Below, piece after piece: positions 15,253-25,722 of a stretch of 29,038 nucleotides of DNA. Position 1 is the stretch's first letter. Every line of letters starts with the position of its first letter. The notes beneath the pieces were generated by a model. That model saw nothing but the letters and a program-made list of their open reading frames with translations, ran no database searches and had not been told where the DNA came from. Source of the DNA: Minisyncoccota bacterium (GTDB lineage Bacteria; Patescibacteriota; Minisyncoccia; Phycocordibacterales; UBA9973); the NCBI GenBank assembly GCA_041664605.1, contig JBAYKO010000009.1, positions 1 to 29,038 of the forward strand, written 5' to 3'. A program made the translations under genes and the position numbers.

Positions 15253-15363
15253 TAATCTTCCGTTTGATTTCATGTAACGTGCCTACAATTTAGAGGTTTA
15301 TTGAGAAATAGATAATTCTTATATTTATACTTTATAACTTTACAAACTTTAAACTTATTCAAC

Positions 15364-18057
15364 ATGCCACCATTTAATCACTTCACAACAAAAGCAAAAG
15401 AAGCAATAAAAAAGTCTCACGAACTTGCTATTGAAAGAGGACAAAATCATGTAAGTTCTCTTCATCTTTTGGCTGCATTAATGCTTCAAGAAGAAAGTAT
15501 GATTATTTCAATTTTAGAAAAATTAGAAGTTGATACAATGCTTCTAACTGATTCAATTTTAGAGGCACTTGAAGGGACGGAAAATAGAAATGTTTTATCT
15601 CCATCATATCAAATATATCTAACACCAGATCTAGCTCAAGTAATAGAAAACTCTCCAAGAATTGCGGAGCGTTTTAAAGATGACTTCGTTTCTACTGAAC
15701 ACTTATTTTTAGCACTTCTTGATGTTCCAAGTCAGGCAAGAGAAATAATTTCTAAATTTAGAATCAATAAAGATCAGGTGATTAAAATTTTTGATGAATT
15801 TAAAAATCAAAATATTACAGACGCGACTCCTCCTAGAAAAAATAAAAATTTATATAAGTACACAAGAAATCTTACAGAACTTGCAAAGCAAGATAAATTA
15901 GATCCTGTTATTGGACGTGATACTGAAATAATGAGAATTATGCAAATTCTTTCAAGAAGAACAAAAAATAATCCTATTTTAATTGGAGAAGCGGGGACTG
16001 GTAAAACTGCAGTTGTTGAAGGGCTAGCTCAAAGAATTTCCAAAGGTGATATTCCTGAATCTTTAAAAGACAAAGAATTGCTTTCTCTTGATTTAGGACT
16101 TCTTTTGGCTGGAACAAAATATAGAGGAGAATTTGAAGAGAGATTAAAAAACATAATGAAAGAAATTGAAAAGGCTGAAGGAAAGGTAATTTTATTTATT
16201 GATGAAATACATACAATTGTAGGGGCGGGAGCATCTGAAGGTTCGGTGGATGCTTCAAATATGCTAAAACCTGCACTTGCCAGAGGTGAGCTTAAAGCAG
16301 TCGGGGCAACAACCTTAAAAGAATATCAAAAGTATATTGAAAAAGATCCAGCACTAGCTCGTCGTTTTCAACCAGTTTATATTGATGAGCCAACACCAGA
16401 AGACGCAATTGCTATTTTGCGTGGACTTAAAGAAAAATATGAACTTTATCATGGGATAAGAATCACAGATGATGCAATTTTATCTGCGGTTAATTTAAGT
16501 ACAAGATATATAACAAATAGATTTCTACCAGACAAGGCTGTTGATTTAATTGACGAGGCGTCTTCGGCGCTTAGAATTTCTTTGGAAAATAAACCACCTG
16601 TTTTAGAAGATGCTCACAGAAAAATAATGCGTCTTGAAATTGAAAGAGAAGCTCTTAAAAAAGAAACTAAAAATAAAAAAGAAGATAAAAATGTAAAAAT
16701 AAGAGTTAAAGAAATTGAAAAAGAAATTTCTAATTTAAAAGAAAAAACACGAGAGATAGAATTAAAGTGGCAAAATGAAAAAGTTACTGTTTCTGAAATA
16801 AGAAGTATCAAAAAAGAATTAGAATCTTTAAGGCTTGAAGCTGAAGGAGCGGAAATGAGAGCAGATCTTGGTAAAGCTGCTGAAATAAGATATGGAACAA
16901 TTCCAAATCTTCAAAAAGAACTGGATATTAAATTAAATAAATTAAAGAAATTACAAAAGTCTCGTAGAATTTTAAAAGAAGAAATAACTAGCGAAGATAT
17001 TGCAGAAGTTGTAGCAAGGTGGACAGGAATCCCTCTTGTAAAAATGCTTGAAGAAGAAAGGCAAAAACTCAATAAAATGGAAGAGGAATTAAAAAAACGT
17101 GTTGTTGGACAAAATGAAGCTATCTCAAAGATTTCTGATGTAGTGAGACGCTCTCGTGCAGGAATTTCTGATCCCAATAAACCAATGGGTTCATTTATCT
17201 TTCTTGGTCCAACAGGAGTTGGAAAAACTGAACTTACAAAAACTCTAGCTGAATTTCTATTCAACGATGAAAAAGCTTTAATAAGAGTTGATATGTCAGA
17301 ATATATGGAAAGGCACTCAGTTTCAAAATTAATTGGTTCACCGCCTGGATATGTCGGTTATGATGAAGCTGGTCAATTAACAGAAGCTGTTCGCCACAGA
17401 CCATATTCTGTAATTTTATTTGATGAAATAGAAAAAGCCCATCCAGAAGTATTTAATATTCTACTTCAAGTTTTAGATGAGGGAAGATTAACAGATGCAA
17501 AAGGCAGGGTAATAAATTTTAGAAATTCAATTATAATTTTGACTTCAAATATAGGTTCAAATTATATAGAAAAAATGGAATCTATGGGGTTCACCGTTAA
17601 TACCGAGCAAGATGAATATACTCAGACGAAAGAAAAAGTTATGAGTACCTTAAAAGAACATTTTAGACCCGAATTTCTCAATCGTCTTGATGAAATAATT
17701 ATTTTTGATATTTTATCGGGCGAGGCTATAAAAGATATAGTGAGAATAAGAATAGATGTTGTAAAAGAAAGACTTATATCAAAAGGTATTAATTTAGAAA
17801 TTTCTGAAGAGGTTCTTTCATATTTAGCAAAAGAAGGTTATAATCCACACTACGGAGCAAGGCCACTCAACAGACTTATTCAGACTAAGATTTTAAATCC
17901 AATTGCAACTTACATAATTTCTCGAGATGTTAATAGTGGGGATACTGTGCAGGTTGTGATTAAAGATGGGGAATTGGTAAATGAAATAAGAAAAATAAAG
18001 AAAGGTAGTATAAAAAGTAGTAAAATTCCAAATAAGCAAAAAGTATTCGTTTCTTAA
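15364..18057 (+). CDS. clpB: ATP-dependent chaperone ClpB
   Basis: Clp N-domain, two AAA+ modules (Walker [11 protein letters not shown] and [10 protein letters not shown]), a long coiled-coil M-domain between them, and a sensor-2 GARPL motif; 897 aa. Confidence 0.9.
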   Translation: MPPFNHFTTKAKEAIKKSHELAIERGQNHVSSLHLLAALMLQEESMIISILEKLEVDTMLLTDSILEALEGTENRNVLSPSYQIYLTPDLAQVIENSPRIAERFKDDFVSTEHLFLALLDVPSQAREIISKFRINKDQVIKIFDEFKNQNITDATPPRKNKNLYKYTRNLTELAKQDKLDPVIGRDTEIMRIMQILSRRTKNNPILIGEAGTGKTAVVEGLAQRISKGDIPESLKDKELLSLDLGLLLAGTKYRGEFEERLKNIMKEIEKAEGKVILFIDEIHTIVGAGASEGSVDASNMLKPALARGELKAVGATTLKEYQKYIEKDPALARRFQPVYIDEPTPEDAIAILRGLKEKYELYHGIRITDDAILSAVNLSTRYITNRFLPDKAVDLIDEASSALRISLENKPPVLEDAHRKIMRLEIEREALKKETKNKKEDKNVKIRVKEIEKEISNLKEKTREIELKWQNEKVTVSEIRSIKKELESLRLEAEGAEMRADLGKAAEIRYGTIPNLQKELDIKLNKLKKLQKSRRILKEEITSEDIAEVVARWTGIPLVKMLEEERQKLNKMEEELKKRVVGQNEAISKISDVVRRSRAGISDPNKPMGSFIFLGPTGVGKTELTKTLAEFLFNDEKALIRVDMSEYMERHSVSKLIGSPPGYVGYDEAGQLTEAVRHRPYSVILFDEIEKAHPEVFNILLQVLDEGRLTDAKGRVINFRNSIIILTSNIGSNYIEKMESMGFTVNTEQDEYTQTKEKVMSTLKEHFRPEFLNRLDEIIIFDILSGEAIKDIVRIRIDVVKERLISKGINLEISEEVLSYLAKEGYNPHYGARPLNRLIQTKILNPIATYIISRDVNSGDTVQVVIKDGELVNEIRKIKKGSIKSSKIPNKQKVFVS

Positions 18058-18067
18058 AATACAAATA

Positions 18068-18100
18068 AAAAATACACAGGGAAACCCATGTGTATTTTTT
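18068..18100 (+). terminator. intrinsic terminator of clpB
   Basis: AAATACACAGGG-AAA-CCCATGTGTATTTTTT: stem with a one-base bulge, followed by a T-run. Confidence 0.6.
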
Positions 18101-18172
18101 AAGGGGATAAAGAAAATAAATATGTGCAAAATTTTTAATTTTGTGGTATTTTATAAGGTATTCCATCTTATT

Positions 18173-18255
18173 GCGTCGGTGGCAGAGTGGTCAATTGCAT
18201 TTGACTGTAAATCAAACGCCTTCGGGCTACGTAGGTTCGAATCCTACCCGGCGCA
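18173..18255 (+). tRNA. tRNA-Tyr (anticodon GUA), type II
   Basis: Acceptor GCGUCGG/CCGGCGC with one G-U pair, anticodon loop CUGUAAA, long variable arm, T-arm GTAGGTTCGAATCCTAC, discriminator A. Confidence 0.85.
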
Positions 18256-18261
18256 CAAAAT

Positions 18262-18290
18262 TACCCCCCCCAGCTCTTACTTGGGGTTTT
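18262..18290 (+). terminator. weak C-run/G-run hairpin plus T-run after tRNA-Tyr
   Basis: ACCCCCCCCAGCTCTTACTTGGGGTTTT. Confidence 0.35.
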
Positions 18291-18354
18291 CAACTTTTAA
18301 TATTTGTTCTTTACTTTTCAAATATGCTATTATCTTTATATAATATAAAATAAT

Positions 18355-21300
18355 ATGTCATATCAGAAAATCATATATTTTATGAAACATAAAATAATAC
18401 AACATGCATATAGGAAACACAGATTGAAACTTTTTGTGGGGATTATTCTATCCGTTCTTGTATTTTTTAGTTTTATTTTTGTCGATAAAACACAGGCAGT
18501 GGCGGGTACATGTACAGCGGCCGTAGGCTTAAGTGATTGGAACACTCCTGCCACTTGGTCTGGTTCTGGTTGTGACGGTCTTACTGAAATTCCGGAAGCA
18601 GATGATGCCGTAGTTATTCCTGCGGGGTCAGCAGTTAATATAACTGTAGCTGGTGCTGTGGCCGCGTCTATTTCCATGAGTGATCCAGCTAGTCTTAACA
18701 ATAACGCTATAGTTTTATTTTCTCCAGCAACTCTGACTGTTGGTGGAGATATTACAATTGTTGGTTCTTCAGGAAGTAGAAGTTCTGCTTTTAATGTTTC
18801 TGATGGCGTAGTCTCTGTTGCGAATATTTCTATTACTGGTGGAGCTTCAACTGGTACTTCTGCTGTTGTTGTTGGTACTAACGGAACGATGAATGTTTCT
18901 GGTAATATTTCTTTTGCTGGTGCAGCTGGCAGAGCTAGAGTAGCTTTCTCAGGAAATGGCACTCTTAATATTGAAGGAAATTTTGGAAGTGAAGGGACTT
19001 TATTAACTGTTGGTGGTTTTGGCACAATTAATTTTAATGGAAGTAGTGCTCAAACGATGGGAACTTATACAACTTATAATAATGTTATTGTTACTAACAC
19101 TTCTGGTGATGTAACTTTAGATGGGTCAATAAAAATTAATGGAACACTTGTCGTAAATGATGGAAGCCTGGATTCAGGGGTAAATGGATTTACTGTTATG
19201 GGAACTACAACAGTTAATAGTAGTGGAACTTTATTATTTTCTTCAGATCTTGGCACAAAAATTTTTACTGGAAATGTTTTAGTGGATGGTGGTATTTGGA
19301 ATGAAACAGCTGCTGCAACTATTGCTTTTTGGGGTGATTTAACTAATAATGCAACTTCTTTTACTACAAGTACAGGTGTTCATTCTTTTAATGCAACAGG
19401 AACATTGAGTGGAACTAGTGAAACTAATATTCCAAATTTAGCTATATATGCACCAGCAATTATTACAAATAATAGTATTTTAAGCGTTAATACAGAATTA
19501 TCTGGTGATGGTAATTTAACTAATGGAGCTACTGGAACTTTAAACATTGGTGATACCACAACTATTTCAACATTAACAGCAAATGCAGTAGGTAATATTG
19601 TTAATTATATTGGTGAAGATCAAACAGTTTATATGACTGATTATTATAATCTCTACTTTAACTATGGTGTTGTATTTATGGGAGGAGATGGTGTTAATAC
19701 AAAAACTATTGCTGATCCAGGTATTACCATAGCTAATAATTTATTTATGTCTAACGGTGCACAAGCTAGTTTAGTGCTTGGTACTTCTACTGCTAATGCT
19801 CTTTACCTAGATGGGGTATTACAGCTTTCAGGAATTTGGGGTTCAACTGCTTCAGGAGCAACTCATATAAATGATACAAATTTCAGTGGGGTTGGTTTAT
19901 TGAATGTTGCGACTGGCGATGATGTGCCTCCAACAGTTACGGTAACTACGAGTAATAATATTCTTTTTATAGGGGAAACTTTTACAATTACATACACCTT
20001 CTCTAAGGTTCCAGTAAATTTTACAACTGCTGATGTTACATCTCCAAATGGTACGATTGACGCAATTACAGCTACAGGTGATCCACTTGTTTTTACTTCT
20101 ATTTTTACGCCATCTACTGATACCATTGATAATTCTAATGTCATCACTGTTGGTACAGCTTGGCAAGATGGTGTTGGTAACACGGGAGTAGGAGATGATT
20201 CTCCTAATTATACCGTTTATACAATAGCCCCTCCTCCCACTGGTAGTAACATATGTCCTACAGGATCAATAGGTATATACCCAAACTGTATTATTCCTGA
20301 AATTTGTCCTATTATCAATCCAAATCCAATTGATGTCTGTCCAAATGACCCAGGAATTCAAACAACATTACCTTGTTCAAACAATCCAAATCCTACTGAT
20401 GTATGTCCTGGTGAACCCGGTATTCAAACAACACTCCCTTGCCCAAATAATTCTAATTCAGTAGATGTGTGCCCAAATATCTCAGATATTCAATTAACTA
20501 TTCCAAATGGAATGTACTTAAATAATAGTAGTGAATGTGTACTTAATCAAAATTCTACAGATTTTTGTCCAAACATTTCAGGCGATCAAATAGCTATTCC
20601 AAATGGAATGCATTTAAATAATAGTGGTGATTGTGTACCAAATCAAACATCAATAGATCTTTGTCCCAACATTACAGGTAATCAATCAACCATTCCATCA
20701 GGAATGCACTTAAGTAATAATGGCAATTGTGTAACAGACCAAATATCTACAGACCTTTGTCCAAATATTTCTAATGATCAGCTAACTATTCCAACTGGAA
20801 TGGAATTAAATAATAATGGTGAATGTGTTTTGATTGGACAAATAATTGATGTTTATTCAGATGAATCAACCGATAATCTTCCAACTGATGGTATTTTAGA
20901 TAATTCATTAGATAATTCTCAAGACAACAATTTGACAAGTATTTTAAATGAAAACCTAATAAATTCTCCAATTCAAGAACTTATAGAAAATACTTTTTCT
21001 TCAGGGACTATTTCAAGAATGGATACTGGGTTAAGAACAAGTTCAGTTTTCTCTTTAATATTAGGAATGGTTGCATCTATTTTTTCTCTTTTAATTCTAG
21101 ACCCAATAGCAGTCCAAGAATTATTAGTCATCCGTTTTCGTTTGTGGTCTTTATTCTTAACTGCCCTTGGTCTACGTAAAAAAGTAAAACCTTGGGGTGT
21201 AGTTTATGACAGTCAAACCAAACAACCACTAGATCCAGTCTATGTATCTCTTTTTCAAAATGGTGTAGAAATTACGTCTTGTATTACAGATATTGATGGA

Positions 21301-21963
21301 CGTTATGGTTTTCTAGTTCCTCCAGGAACCTATAAAATTGTATCTAAAAAAACGAATTATATGTTTCCCTCAAAAGTATTAGCAGGACATTTTAGTGATG
21401 AATTGTATCATGATTTATATTTTGGAGAAGAAATCAAGGTTTCTGATGGGGAAGTGATTGCAAATAATATACCAATGGATCAAGAACATTTTGATTGGAA
21501 TGAATTTGCTAAAAATAAAAAACAATTACTTCAATTTTATTCTAAGGGAGGAGTTCTTATAGGCAGGATTTCTGCATTTTTATTTGGAATCGGAATGATT
21601 TTGGCCATTATTACATTATTGGCTTTTCCAAAACCATACAATGTTGCTATCTTTAGTTTGTACGCGGTAATTTTACTACTACAAAGAACCTCTTTTAAAA
21701 AGAAAACCAAAGGGAGTCTAATGGAAAAAGACAAAGAAGAACCTCTTTCTTTTGCTATTGTTAGAATTTTTTCTACTGCTACTAATGTTGAAATTGCTCA
21801 TAAAGTAGCTGATAATATGGGACGTTATTTCTGTTTAGTTCCAAATGGAAACTATTATATAGAAATTGAAAAGAAAAAATTTGATGGAACTTATGCAAAA
21901 GTATATAAATCTGGAAACATTGAGGTTACAAAGGGTATAGTGAATAGAGCATTTGTTGTTTAA
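18355..21963 (+). CDS. giant multidomain surface protein (N-terminal anchor, T/G/S/N-rich beta-helix-like repeats, Ig-like domain, Cys-repeat module, C-terminal TM helices interleaved with two transthyretin/CarboxypepD_reg-like beta-sandwich domains)
   Basis: 1202-aa ORF. Roughly residues 50-520 are a low-complexity T/G/S/N-rich repeat region. An Ig-like segment follows (PPTVTVTTSNNILFIGETFTITYTF...). There are then four tandem 32-aa Cys repeats (CPNIS-DQ-IP-GM-LNN-G-CV). Last come TM helices flanking GVVYDSQTKQPLDPVYVSLFQNGVEITSCITDIDGRYGFLVPPGTYKIV and FAIVRIFSTATNVEIAHKVADNMGRYFCLVPNGNYYIEI. The true start may be an internal Met (MKHKII). Confidence 0.7.
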   Translation: MSYQKIIYFMKHKIIQHAYRKHRLKLFVGIILSVLVFFSFIFVDKTQAVAGTCTAAVGLSDWNTPATWSGSGCDGLTEIPEADDAVVIPAGSAVNITVAGAVAASISMSDPASLNNNAIVLFSPATLTVGGDITIVGSSGSRSSAFNVSDGVVSVANISITGGASTGTSAVVVGTNGTMNVSGNISFAGAAGRARVAFSGNGTLNIEGNFGSEGTLLTVGGFGTINFNGSSAQTMGTYTTYNNVIVTNTSGDVTLDGSIKINGTLVVNDGSLDSGVNGFTVMGTTTVNSSGTLLFSSDLGTKIFTGNVLVDGGIWNETAAATIAFWGDLTNNATSFTTSTGVHSFNATGTLSGTSETNIPNLAIYAPAIITNNSILSVNTELSGDGNLTNGATGTLNIGDTTTISTLTANAVGNIVNYIGEDQTVYMTDYYNLYFNYGVVFMGGDGVNTKTIADPGITIANNLFMSNGAQASLVLGTSTANALYLDGVLQLSGIWGSTASGATHINDTNFSGVGLLNVATGDDVPPTVTVTTSNNILFIGETFTITYTFSKVPVNFTTADVTSPNGTIDAITATGDPLVFTSIFTPSTDTIDNSNVITVGTAWQDGVGNTGVGDDSPNYTVYTIAPPPTGSNICPTGSIGIYPNCIIPEICPIINPNPIDVCPNDPGIQTTLPCSNNPNPTDVCPGEPGIQTTLPCPNNSNSVDVCPNISDIQLTIPNGMYLNNSSECVLNQNSTDFCPNISGDQIAIPNGMHLNNSGDCVPNQTSIDLCPNITGNQSTIPSGMHLSNNGNCVTDQISTDLCPNISNDQLTIPTGMELNNNGECVLIGQIIDVYSDESTDNLPTDGILDNSLDNSQDNNLTSILNENLINSPIQELIENTFSSGTISRMDTGLRTSSVFSLILGMVASIFSLLILDPIAVQELLVIRFRLWSLFLTALGLRKKVKPWGVVYDSQTKQPLDPVYVSLFQNGVEITSCITDIDGRYGFLVPPGTYKIVSKKTNYMFPSKVLAGHFSDELYHDLYFGEEIKVSDGEVIANNIPMDQEHFDWNEFAKNKKQLLQFYSKGGVLIGRISAFLFGIGMILAIITLLAFPKPYNVAIFSLYAVILLLQRTSFKKKTKGSLMEKDKEEPLSFAIVRIFSTATNVEIAHKVADNMGRYFCLVPNGNYYIEIEKKKFDGTYAKVYKSGNIEVTKGIVNRAFVV
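20470..20853 (+). repeat. four in-frame tandem 96-nt repeats inside the giant surface-protein gene (32-aa Cys-containing module), preceded by shorter 22-aa Cys/Pro repeats from about 20230
   Basis: Periodic protein sequence: CPNISDIQLTIPNGMYLNNSSECV / CPNISGDQIAIPNGMHLNNSGDCV / CPNITGNQSTIPSGMHLSNNGNCV / CPNISNDQLTIPTGMELNNNGECV, each unit 96 nt. Confidence 0.8.
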
Positions 21964-21996
21964 GTATATAAAATTTTATCTATTACATAATCTAGT

Positions 21997-22028
21997 AAAA
22001 ACACACAATATTTATATTGTGTGTTTTT
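21997..22028. terminator. bidirectional terminator after the giant surface-protein gene
   Basis: AAAA-ACACACAATAT-TT-ATATTGTGTGT-TTTT: perfect 11-bp palindrome. Confidence 0.65.
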
Positions 22029-22089
22029 ACTTAGTACTTGTTATAATAGAAATGAATATAAAAAATTTTTAATATTTAATATAACTTTC

Positions 22090-23445
22090 ATGAAAAAATA
22101 TAAACTTGTTTTAATACTCTTGGTTTTGAATTTATTTATTATTCCATTTACAACAGAAGCAATAACTTACAATTTTGGTACCACAACTCTTAGAAATGGG
22201 AGCAAAGGTGAGGCAGTTAAAGAACTTCAAAGATTTTTAAATACAACCTTAAATCTAGGTTTAGTAGTCGATGGTAGATTAGGTCCAAAAACTATTACTG
22301 TTATAAAAACATGGCAAAAGAATCACGGATTAGTAGCTGATGGTCTTATTGGTAAAAAAACCAAAGATATGATGAATTCCACATCAACATCTAATATTAT
22401 TTCAATTACTACTTCCACACCTACACCTACACCTACATATAGTTGTAATCAAAAAGATTTTACAATGGCGCTTGTTTTTGTTTCAAACGGTACCACCAGT
22501 AGTTCTGATCTAGATAAATACAAGGATGAATTAAATTATATAAAAGGGCGTTTGCCTTGGGCTTTCAATTTTGCAACGGGTAAATTAGGTACAATGTCTA
22601 TACCTGAAAATCCAACTATCTTAGATTCTACGGGTCTTGTGTCTAATGGAACGTTAGATATATCTGCAACTCTTAAAAAATTCTACCAAACACACTCAGA
22701 TAACTTTGACTTTGTTACAGTTTTTTTTAATGATAATAAACATTCATCTTTTCATAACATTGTCAAAAATAATATCAAGGGAATTGGATTGGGAGAAGGA
22801 GACAGTGATAATTCTTTTTTCTATGGGAGTAAGGGTAAATTAATTGGGATAAATTATATCAGTGATCTTTTAAATAATGAAAGAGCAATATTAGATGGAC
22901 AAATACCAACTGGATATAATTTATCTATACAAGATTGCTATCAACAACAAAAAGATAATCTCAGCTCACTTACAGTAGATAATAATTGTGGAATGTGGCT
23001 TATATTACACGAAACTGCTCATCAATGGGGAGTTTATGCAGGAGATGTTGTTGATGATGATAATCCAAGCAAGGTTGGTCTTGGAATAAAAAATTCAGGG
23101 GCACATTATTATTATGGTTTAACTTCTCCTGAAGAAATTCAAGATCTCCTTGGAGGTATGTCTTGGAAAAAATCTCCCAATAGTTCTGTTTATGTAGGCA
23201 GTCATTATATGGTTAATCATGAATGGAATGATGCTCTATACTCATTAAAATATCATCCATTTACCTTATATTTCATGGGTTTACTCCCTCAAAGTGAATA
23301 TGATACTAAGTTTAATCTTTTACAAAAGAATATTAATTATCAAATAACTCCTAATTTTGGGGCTAATGCAATGGAATCAGTATATAAACAAGTAAGTGTG
23401 AGGGATATTATTTCCAGAGAAGGGGAAAGAAAATGTGCTAATTAA
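22090..23445 (+). CDS. secreted protein: PG_binding_1-type peptidoglycan-binding domain + Thr/Pro linker + HExxH zinc-metallopeptidase-like domain
   Basis: Signal peptide MKKYKLVLILLVLNLFIIPFTTEA. PG-binding-like segment GSKGEAVKELQRFLNTTL...VDGRLGPKTITVIKTWQKNHGLVADGLIGKKT. A TPTPTPT linker, then WLILHETAHQWG (HExxH). The 22021 start in the ORF track overlaps a terminator hairpin, so the start at 22090 is preferred. Confidence 0.65.
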   Translation: MKKYKLVLILLVLNLFIIPFTTEAITYNFGTTTLRNGSKGEAVKELQRFLNTTLNLGLVVDGRLGPKTITVIKTWQKNHGLVADGLIGKKTKDMMNSTSTSNIISITTSTPTPTPTYSCNQKDFTMALVFVSNGTTSSSDLDKYKDELNYIKGRLPWAFNFATGKLGTMSIPENPTILDSTGLVSNGTLDISATLKKFYQTHSDNFDFVTVFFNDNKHSSFHNIVKNNIKGIGLGEGDSDNSFFYGSKGKLIGINYISDLLNNERAILDGQIPTGYNLSIQDCYQQQKDNLSSLTVDNNCGMWLILHETAHQWGVYAGDVVDDDNPSKVGLGIKNSGAHYYYGLTSPEEIQDLLGGMSWKKSPNSSVYVGSHYMVNHEWNDALYSLKYHPFTLYFMGLLPQSEYDTKFNLLQKNINYQITPNFGANAMESVYKQVSVRDIISREGERKCAN

Positions 23446-23518
23446 TCAAATTATATATCCGTAATTTTACTTGCTATAATATAAATATTAAGAATTATCA
23501 ATATTAATTTAAAATTAT

Positions 23519-25054
23519 ATGAAAAAAATACTAGGATTTTTAATAGTTTTCTCATTGTTATTTGTTTCTATTCCTACAATAACAAAGGCATCAACAATTG
23601 ATGATTTAATGGCTCAAGTTTTATCGTTGCAAGATAAAATATTAAACTTACAAAATCAAATGTCAGCTCTGGTTTTAAGAGCTACGACTAGTTCTATTAT
23701 TATTAAACCAGTGAATACAGAACCTGGTGGTGATGTGTATTATATTAGTTTTGAAACAGTAAGTAGTAAGTGTAATATTTTTAATGATTCCACTGGTGGA
23801 AATTTTGTTGGCACAGGTGCCATTAATGGGTATGATTCAAATGGCAATCCCTCAATTTGTAATTTTAATGGTGTTAATTATCCTCCGGGTCCGGCTAAGC
23901 CAAGAACCAACACTATTAATCCAATTTCTGTAACAACAACGATTACTCCATCAACTTTGTCTGCCCCCACTACAACCTCCACTACAACTTCCACAACAAC
24001 TAAAAATATTTTACCAGAGATAACTTCCTCAACTTCAAAAATTGTTCCCAATTCAACAATTTCTAGTAAATCATCTATCATCACCTTACCGTCAACTACG
24101 TTTAAAAGAACTTTAAATATAGGAATGAGTGGTTCTGATGTTAAAAATTTACAAAATATTTTAATTGAAAATGGTTACTTACCTATTGGGAAAAATACTG
24201 GATATTACGGTCTTTTAACAAAATCTGCAGTTATAAAATTTCAAGGGGAAAATAATATTTCCATAAACGGAAAATTTGATTCCATAACAAGTGCTAAGTT
24301 TTTACCTACATATACACAATCAAAAACAAAACAATACAAAAATAATACATACGGAATTCAATTCAGTTACAATGGAAATTTTACTCTTCAAGAACAAACA
24401 ACAAATTTAGGATTACCTGACGATTTGGCTTGCCCAAACTTGTTTAGGATTATACTCACAGATCCAAATTCTCCAGACGTTGCGTTTGATGAAGGTTCAC
24501 CATATGTAAAACCAACAATTGAAATTAATATTAGGAAGGCGAGTTGTTACCCTGATAATACGACAATATTACCTACGGGGTATAATTTAAACGCTGTTTT
24601 ATTGGCCCTTCAACCCTTGCTAGATCTTAATCAAAATACATATACATCATTTTTGCAAAATGGATTTTCGCAAAAAATGTCAAAAACAATGGCTATTATA
24701 ATTCCTTCCAGAGGGGATTATCCTAATGGAATAGAAAATCCTCCTGTTTGGGTAAATGAGTGTACTGTTGGAACAGTTGGGCAAACAAACAACAATTCTG
24801 TATATATAAAAAATACAGATTGTATAATGAATGGAGGAGTTATATTTATTCCAACTATGGGTGGGGCACAACAATATTTCCAAACCAAAGTATTTATTCC
24901 AAGTAAAAGTAGAAATTTTTTTGTTGACATAGAAGCCGGTAGAGATTTTTATGATATAACAGGTCACTACTATATTAGTCAAATTATAAGTTCTTTTAGG
25001 TTTAATTCTTTAACTTCTGACACATTAAAATTACCAACAAACTCTCTTAATTAA
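23519..25054 (+). CDS. secreted protein with coiled-coil N-region, Thr-rich linker, PG_binding_1-type domain and uncharacterised Cys-containing C-terminal domain
   Basis: Signal peptide, heptad-like LQDKILNLQNQMSAL, a TTTSTTTSTTT linker, and a PG-binding-like segment MSGSDVKNLQNILIENGYLPIGKNTGYYGLLTKSAVIKFQ. Confidence 0.6.
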   Translation: MKKILGFLIVFSLLFVSIPTITKASTIDDLMAQVLSLQDKILNLQNQMSALVLRATTSSIIIKPVNTEPGGDVYYISFETVSSKCNIFNDSTGGNFVGTGAINGYDSNGNPSICNFNGVNYPPGPAKPRTNTINPISVTTTITPSTLSAPTTTSTTTSTTTKNILPEITSSTSKIVPNSTISSKSSIITLPSTTFKRTLNIGMSGSDVKNLQNILIENGYLPIGKNTGYYGLLTKSAVIKFQGENNISINGKFDSITSAKFLPTYTQSKTKQYKNNTYGIQFSYNGNFTLQEQTTNLGLPDDLACPNLFRIILTDPNSPDVAFDEGSPYVKPTIEINIRKASCYPDNTTILPTGYNLNAVLLALQPLLDLNQNTYTSFLQNGFSQKMSKTMAIIIPSRGDYPNGIENPPVWVNECTVGTVGQTNNNSVYIKNTDCIMNGGVIFIPTMGGAQQYFQTKVFIPSKSRNFFVDIEAGRDFYDITGHYYISQIISSFRFNSLTSDTLKLPTNSLN

Positions 25055-25172
25055 ATTTTAAATATCTTTAAAAACAAAGTAAAAACTATTCGCATATTCG
25101 TGCGAATTAGCCGGTCTGTGTTTTAATAATTCAGAGCACCTTTTTTCTATGTGTCTTCCTCCTTTTCAGTGA

Positions 25173-25688
25173 TTGATAATCTATAGCTATTTGATATACT
25201 TTTTAATCATGGTTGAAATTGTTCCAGAAATCAAAGATTTAATAGAAATAAGAGAAAATAGACAATATCTAAGCAAAAAACTTTTTATAGACATGGTTTG
25301 GTTCGTGGGGGTTTTTATTGTGATGATTTGTATCATTTCCTTTGATGTTTGGATATATAATATTGATCCTCTTTTGGTTGTTGCTGGGTTTATTTGTGGT
25401 TTTGGTGTTGGTTCAATTGTGCAAAAAACCCTAAAGATACAATGGCACAAAGAATATAGAAAGGTGGTTTACAGATTTGGAAGAGATGAAATTATTATTT
25501 TTGTTATTTATGTAATTTTTTTAATAAGCAGGCAATGGATATTTAGTCATGCTGTTCATGGATTAAATTTATCAATTTTTATTTTTAGTTTTATTGCAGG
25601 GACTATGATGGGTAGACTCACAATAATTATCGCCAAAATAAAACAGATTTTAAGAGAAAATCACAAAATAACTGGTATTAAAGATTAA
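25173..25688 (+). CDS. hypothetical polytopic membrane protein
   Basis: ORF with 4-5 predicted hydrophobic helices. The start is ambiguous (a later Met at about 25209 is possible). No family recognised. Confidence 0.4.
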   Translation: MIIYSYLIYFLIMVEIVPEIKDLIEIRENRQYLSKKLFIDMVWFVGVFIVMICIISFDVWIYNIDPLLVVAGFICGFGVGSIVQKTLKIQWHKEYRKVVYRFGRDEIIIFVIYVIFLISRQWIFSHAVHGLNLSIFIFSFIAGTMMGRLTIIIAKIKQILRENHKITGIKD

Positions 25689-25693
25689 AACCT

Positions 25694-25722
25694 TTGACTA
25701 ATACTTAAAATTCTAGTATTAT
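25694..25722 (+). promoter_or_regulatory. sigma70-like promoter for typA (TTGACT-N17-TATTAT), followed by a 5'-leader hairpin at 25728-25745
   Basis: Near-consensus -35 and -10 hexamers with a 17-nt spacer. The hairpin TACCTCG-GAG-TCGAGGTA plus T-run sits between the -10 and the ATG at 25752. Confidence 0.4.

Noticed and set aside
15253-15363. CIRCE/HrcA or CtsR operator upstream of clpB
   Set aside because: Neither the TTAGCACTC-N9-GAGTGCTAA nor the GGTCAAA direct-repeat consensus is present. Only AT-rich AACTTTA-like heptad repeats of uncertain meaning were seen.
15364-18166. Minus-strand ORFs 16614.., 16911.., 17893.., 17960.. within or after clpB
   Set aside because: They are antisense to clpB or overlap its terminator and the tRNA-Tyr promoter region. 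They show no coding signal.
18363-20183. Minus-strand ORFs (220, 106, 89, 60 aa) inside the giant surface-protein gene
   Set aside because: These are antisense to a long, well-supported plus-strand ORF in a low-complexity repeat region, where spurious open frames are expected.
22021-22089. Upstream start (MFLLSTCYN...) for the PG-binding/HExxH protein
   Set aside because: It overlaps the palindromic terminator at 21997-22028. The Met at 22090 is followed by a canonical signal peptide.
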